Shown in pieces: positions 56,661-64,000 of a DNA stretch of 64,000 bases. Both the position numbers and the translations under genes were made by a program. Where the stretch lies: the NCBI GenBank assembly GCA_040954595.2, contig CM082594.2, positions 11,350,276 to 11,414,275 on the forward strand, given 5' to 3'. Position 1 is the first letter of the stretch. Each line of letters opens with the position of its first letter. The DNA is from Balanoglossus misakiensis (lineage: Eukaryota > Animalia > Hemichordata). The notes under the pieces are model-generated. The model was not told the origin of the DNA and made no database searches. It saw nothing but the letters and a program-made list of their open reading frames with translations.

Positions 56661-56925
56661 ACCGTACACACATATCAAAAAACACACTAAAACAAATACA
56701 ACACACAGATCCCATCCCCCCTTTTTACGAAATATATTTCAAAACATTAGAATATAATAATAATTCTTTATTGTTCATATTTTTTTAATAGATAATCGCA
56801 GTCGTGGTACATGAGATGTCAATTTCTTTTAAATCCTGATGACTGGTTGTGTCCGTTGGCTAATCTCTTTGTGGGTCACGTGACCCGAAATATTAACCAA
56901 ATGTGGCGTATACAACAAATAAAAA

Positions 56926-58808
56926 TCAGTCATTGTATTCTCTGAGTAGTTGTGGGAGTTCTAATTCGCCCAATCTATCATTTACAGTAGCTATGTATTC
57001 TTCGATATCACGACGTAGATCTTTTGTGTACGCGTCAGCCGGGATGATTTTTTCCTTTTGCCTGTGGAAGGATCCCTCCATATCATTCAACACACAACGC
57101 CGTCTGGTCACTGTCAAGGGCACGTTAAGAAAATCAAGGATTGTAGTCAATTCTCCGAGTGGGTCTTTCTTAAGCTTCAAGTAGTCTACCACCATAATGG
57201 TTTTTCAAACTTCATCCAACACAGTGCATGATTCACCCATTTTGGTGCCATCAGTTCAACAAAGGTATACCATTCTATGACAGAGGGAAAACAAGGGATT
57301 GTCAATGATACAATCTCCGCTGGATAAATTAAGACTGCATTTCAGGAAATCACTTCGCCTCGCTTAACTCACAATAGGGTTCGTGTTATTATTCCACTGC
57401 ATATATGAGTGATATTGTCAAACATCGAGACAAGTTTACAAACTTTAGTAGACTGAGCAACATCAAATTGGCCAATACTAGGACTACTTATATTTCATGG
57501 AAATTTTGGTTCAATCACTTATTCAAACGTTATTGTTGAAAATATTCTACGTGAATGATAGGGAAATACCTGGATTACCTTCACTTGTAAACTTGAATTC
57601 CGGCGCAATCCCAGTTTTTCCAGATTGTTGACGATTAAATTCAGCAAGGAGGGCTTTGTATGGGTCTCGTAGAATCAGTATGGCGGATTCGAAGTACGTG
57701 TAGTCTTTGCGACAAATGTGTGTTTTAACCGTCAGTGTTGTACCAAGTGTAAAGTTTTCGCGTTCACCAACAAAACCTGAAATGTAATTACAGGAATCTT
57801 AAAAAAACGTACAGACTTGAATAGTGACGCCTTAACATGGGAGGTAAATTTTCATTGAATTTTGACGCTATTTAATTCTTGCCTCAAATCTCGGACTGGG
57901 ATAAGGATGTTGTCGTGCAATCAGTTACCATCCACAAACAAAATAAAAGAAAAAAAATAAATAAAGTTTGAACTATTTACCGGCAAGAATCAGTATACCG
58001 CTTGAATATACGGAGCCCGTGTAAATACCGGTCGACAACTCTATCAGATGTCTCAGCCATGTATTTCCCGAACCAGGAAAGCTAGCCAGGGCGATGATCG
58101 GGTTCGTGTGATTTGGTGACAGTGAAACGTTGCAGTTGTCATCCAAATCGATTCCTGTAGCCAAAGATACCAAGTACATTCGTTGTTACGTCTCATAGCA
58201 GAGAGCTCTTCAGAAAATACTAGTATAATGGACACGCCAGGCGGACAGTAGTAAACTATTATACTTAAACTTGATTGTCCACAAAATGGGAAATTTGTCT
58301 TGCAACGGCACACAAATAAGCCAATAAAATATTAAATACACATCATAGACAGAACAATGGTAACACAAAAAATACAAAGTTACGAAAAACTAGCTAAAAT
58401 GTGATTTAAAACTTCAGACACAGCCTTATGAGAGTTTCTGGTTGAGAAGTCGGATCGACAGAAATGCCCACGTTTACATATATTTGCCTTGAATGTAGTT
58501 TGGTTTGTTTATAAGTATAATAAAGTCTTACCTGTGACGTTGCGTCCCAAGAGGTAATCTTGCACAAATTTGCGTGAGATAGTAGCAGCCACTCTCCATT
58601 CAATAAGATTAAATCCAACAATGGAAACGATCGTCAGTAGCGCACCAGTTGCAAAGAACCATTCTTTCCTCGTTGGCGAATCTGTAGAGAAGCAATCAAA
58701 CCGATTCATTACTGTGAAAATGTCTCCATGGAATTTCTCGCTCGTATGCAACAACACATAAAGTCATAGGAGGATATGCACATATTTCAACTCACTTTTC
58801 TTGAACAT
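56926..58808 (-). CDS. WSCD-family (sialate O-sulfotransferase-like) type II membrane sulfotransferase, with an apparent 1-bp frameshift in the last exon
   Basis: Exons 58808-58796, 58681-58532 (TM segment WFFATGALLTIVSIVGFNLIEW), 58154-57981 (IALASFPGSGNTWLRHLIELSTGIYTGSVY, 5'-PSB loop), 57776-57579 (GFVGE...VKTH...AILILRDPYKALLAEFNRQ) and 57274-56926 (W..F....W......W, Y..LK.D...EL..IL.FL, R..C...EGSFHR). The frame shifts near 57197-57205. Minus-strand AATAAA at 56767-56772. Confidence 0.85.
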
Positions 58809-60174
58809 ATTGATAATCAGTCCTCTTCATTCGTCTAACGACACTCTTCTCGTTCCTTTATTCTGCAAAAAACAAGGCATACAGTTAGATATCAAGAATG
58901 TCAAATATATCCATAAATAATATTCTTTTCGTCGTCTGTGCTTTTCGTTTTCACCATGTTTCTTCACTTCTACAACAGCGTTACATTCAAAGCATTTAAA
59001 ATTGTTCTGCTGTGAACATTAAATATTTTCAGGAAATGACAACAGCGAAAAAGATTTTTTCTGCTGGTACATGTATTTTGACATACCTTCATTTATCGAT
59101 GAAAAACCATGATTGGACACTTTGTATGAAACGACAAGTTGTGCACAGGGATTTGCAACAGCTGTATTTCATTTCCATGGATACACTATGTATCCATGCC
59201 AATGAAGATCATCACCAATGGAAACTAGCATCCTATCACCAGATCAGCTCGTCCAACCGTGCTGGATTTCTGTTCGGAGTTGGTGGTGTCCCTTTCAGAA
59301 ATGGATACATTCCTAAAAGGCATCATCCAAGACAAAGTGACCCAAGTTCGGTGCAGCAATGTTTGTTTACGTGATACATACACACACACACATACATACA
59401 TAAACACATTTATTTTTATCTCATGAACTACACGAAGACAACAAATTACAGGGATTGTTAAAACCAGCTCTCTTTTATTCTCTTCAATTTCATGATATGC
59501 CGAATACTGCTGTACACACAGCATACAATGAAACAGCTGGTCCAATGCTGGAAAACTGGTTTTTATAAAGACTTAGGTGGGCATAGAGGATTGTCACCCA
59601 GTTATAAAGACTCATGTCACACTTGGAATCTACAATAGTCACTAAAAAAATCAGTCCAGGTTTTCAGCTGTCAGAGTCTAACAACAGAAAATTTGTAAAA
59701 ACTGACAACTTACATCATGTATGTCACAATTTGCACAAATGAAACACAAATAATGTATTTATGGATAATGAACCAATCACAAGCATCATTGCGAATTAAC
59801 ATCAAAGCTGCTAAGGGAACCCAACCCATACAGAGATTCCCCAAAATTAGCATTTCAAAATATTGGTCTGAAACATTGGCAAGTCTACTGAGATTTTATT
59901 CTTTTTTTTCAATCAAAATCTCCAATTAACACGAAGCTTGCAGCAAACATCGATTCAAGCAGTTTTCATGACATCACTTCCTGTCAAAAATCCTGGCATC
60001 ATGAGTAATCAGGGCAAATCGGACATGTGCAGGCCACTGACAGTCTCACAGCCAAAGGCTCAGTCGACGGTCGGTCCAAAACGCCATCACATCCTCCATG
60101 CTGACAAATCCCACACACTCTGAAGAATTCACCACAAATATTAAATCAACTACAACATACTGTCTATGTGCAAA

Positions 60175-64000
<3,826 letters not shown>

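Noticed and set aside
56655-56664. AAATTTACCG shared between the array's right junction and the 546-bp unit
   Set aside because: Only 10 bp, of which 6 come from the satellite itself; chance is sufficient.
31505-56788. Many long ORFs (up to 2049 aa) in the array as real protein-coding genes
   Set aside because: They are translations of an 87-bp tandem repeat in several frames and on both strands. They are broken by 1-, 7- and 13-bp indels and show no synonymous-site divergence.

Overview
Intron-rich animal genomic DNA with short AT-rich GT-AG introns. It is probably an invertebrate deuterostome; a hemichordate/ambulacrarian is suggested by the neuropeptide, but that is inference. Left part (1-16 kb): at least two small secreted-peptide genes that the ORF track misses or splits, including a spliced PrRP/sNPF-type RYamide precursor (ISSPSAQDKAAAEHILQTKINPSWRY-G-KR), in a region rich in CRE and AP-1 motifs. 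Middle (16.5-30.4 kb): AGMAT (+), then BBS4 (-) and WDR36 (+) head-to-head. 31.1-56.7 kb: a ~25.5 kb array of about 277 copies of an 87-bp, palindrome-built, CpG-rich satellite lying between two convergent genes. The array is interrupted once by ~2.7 copies of a different ~546-bp unit that carries an 85-bp palindrome. It also shows variant domains, nested 8-mer/16-mer higher-order repeats, and polymorphisms at palindrome centres. Right part: a WSCD-type sulfotransferase (-) with a frameshift in its last exon, and the 3' part of AFG3L2 (-). The very long ORFs in the array follow from the 87 = 3x29 periodicity and are not called as genes. All coordinates were read by eye.
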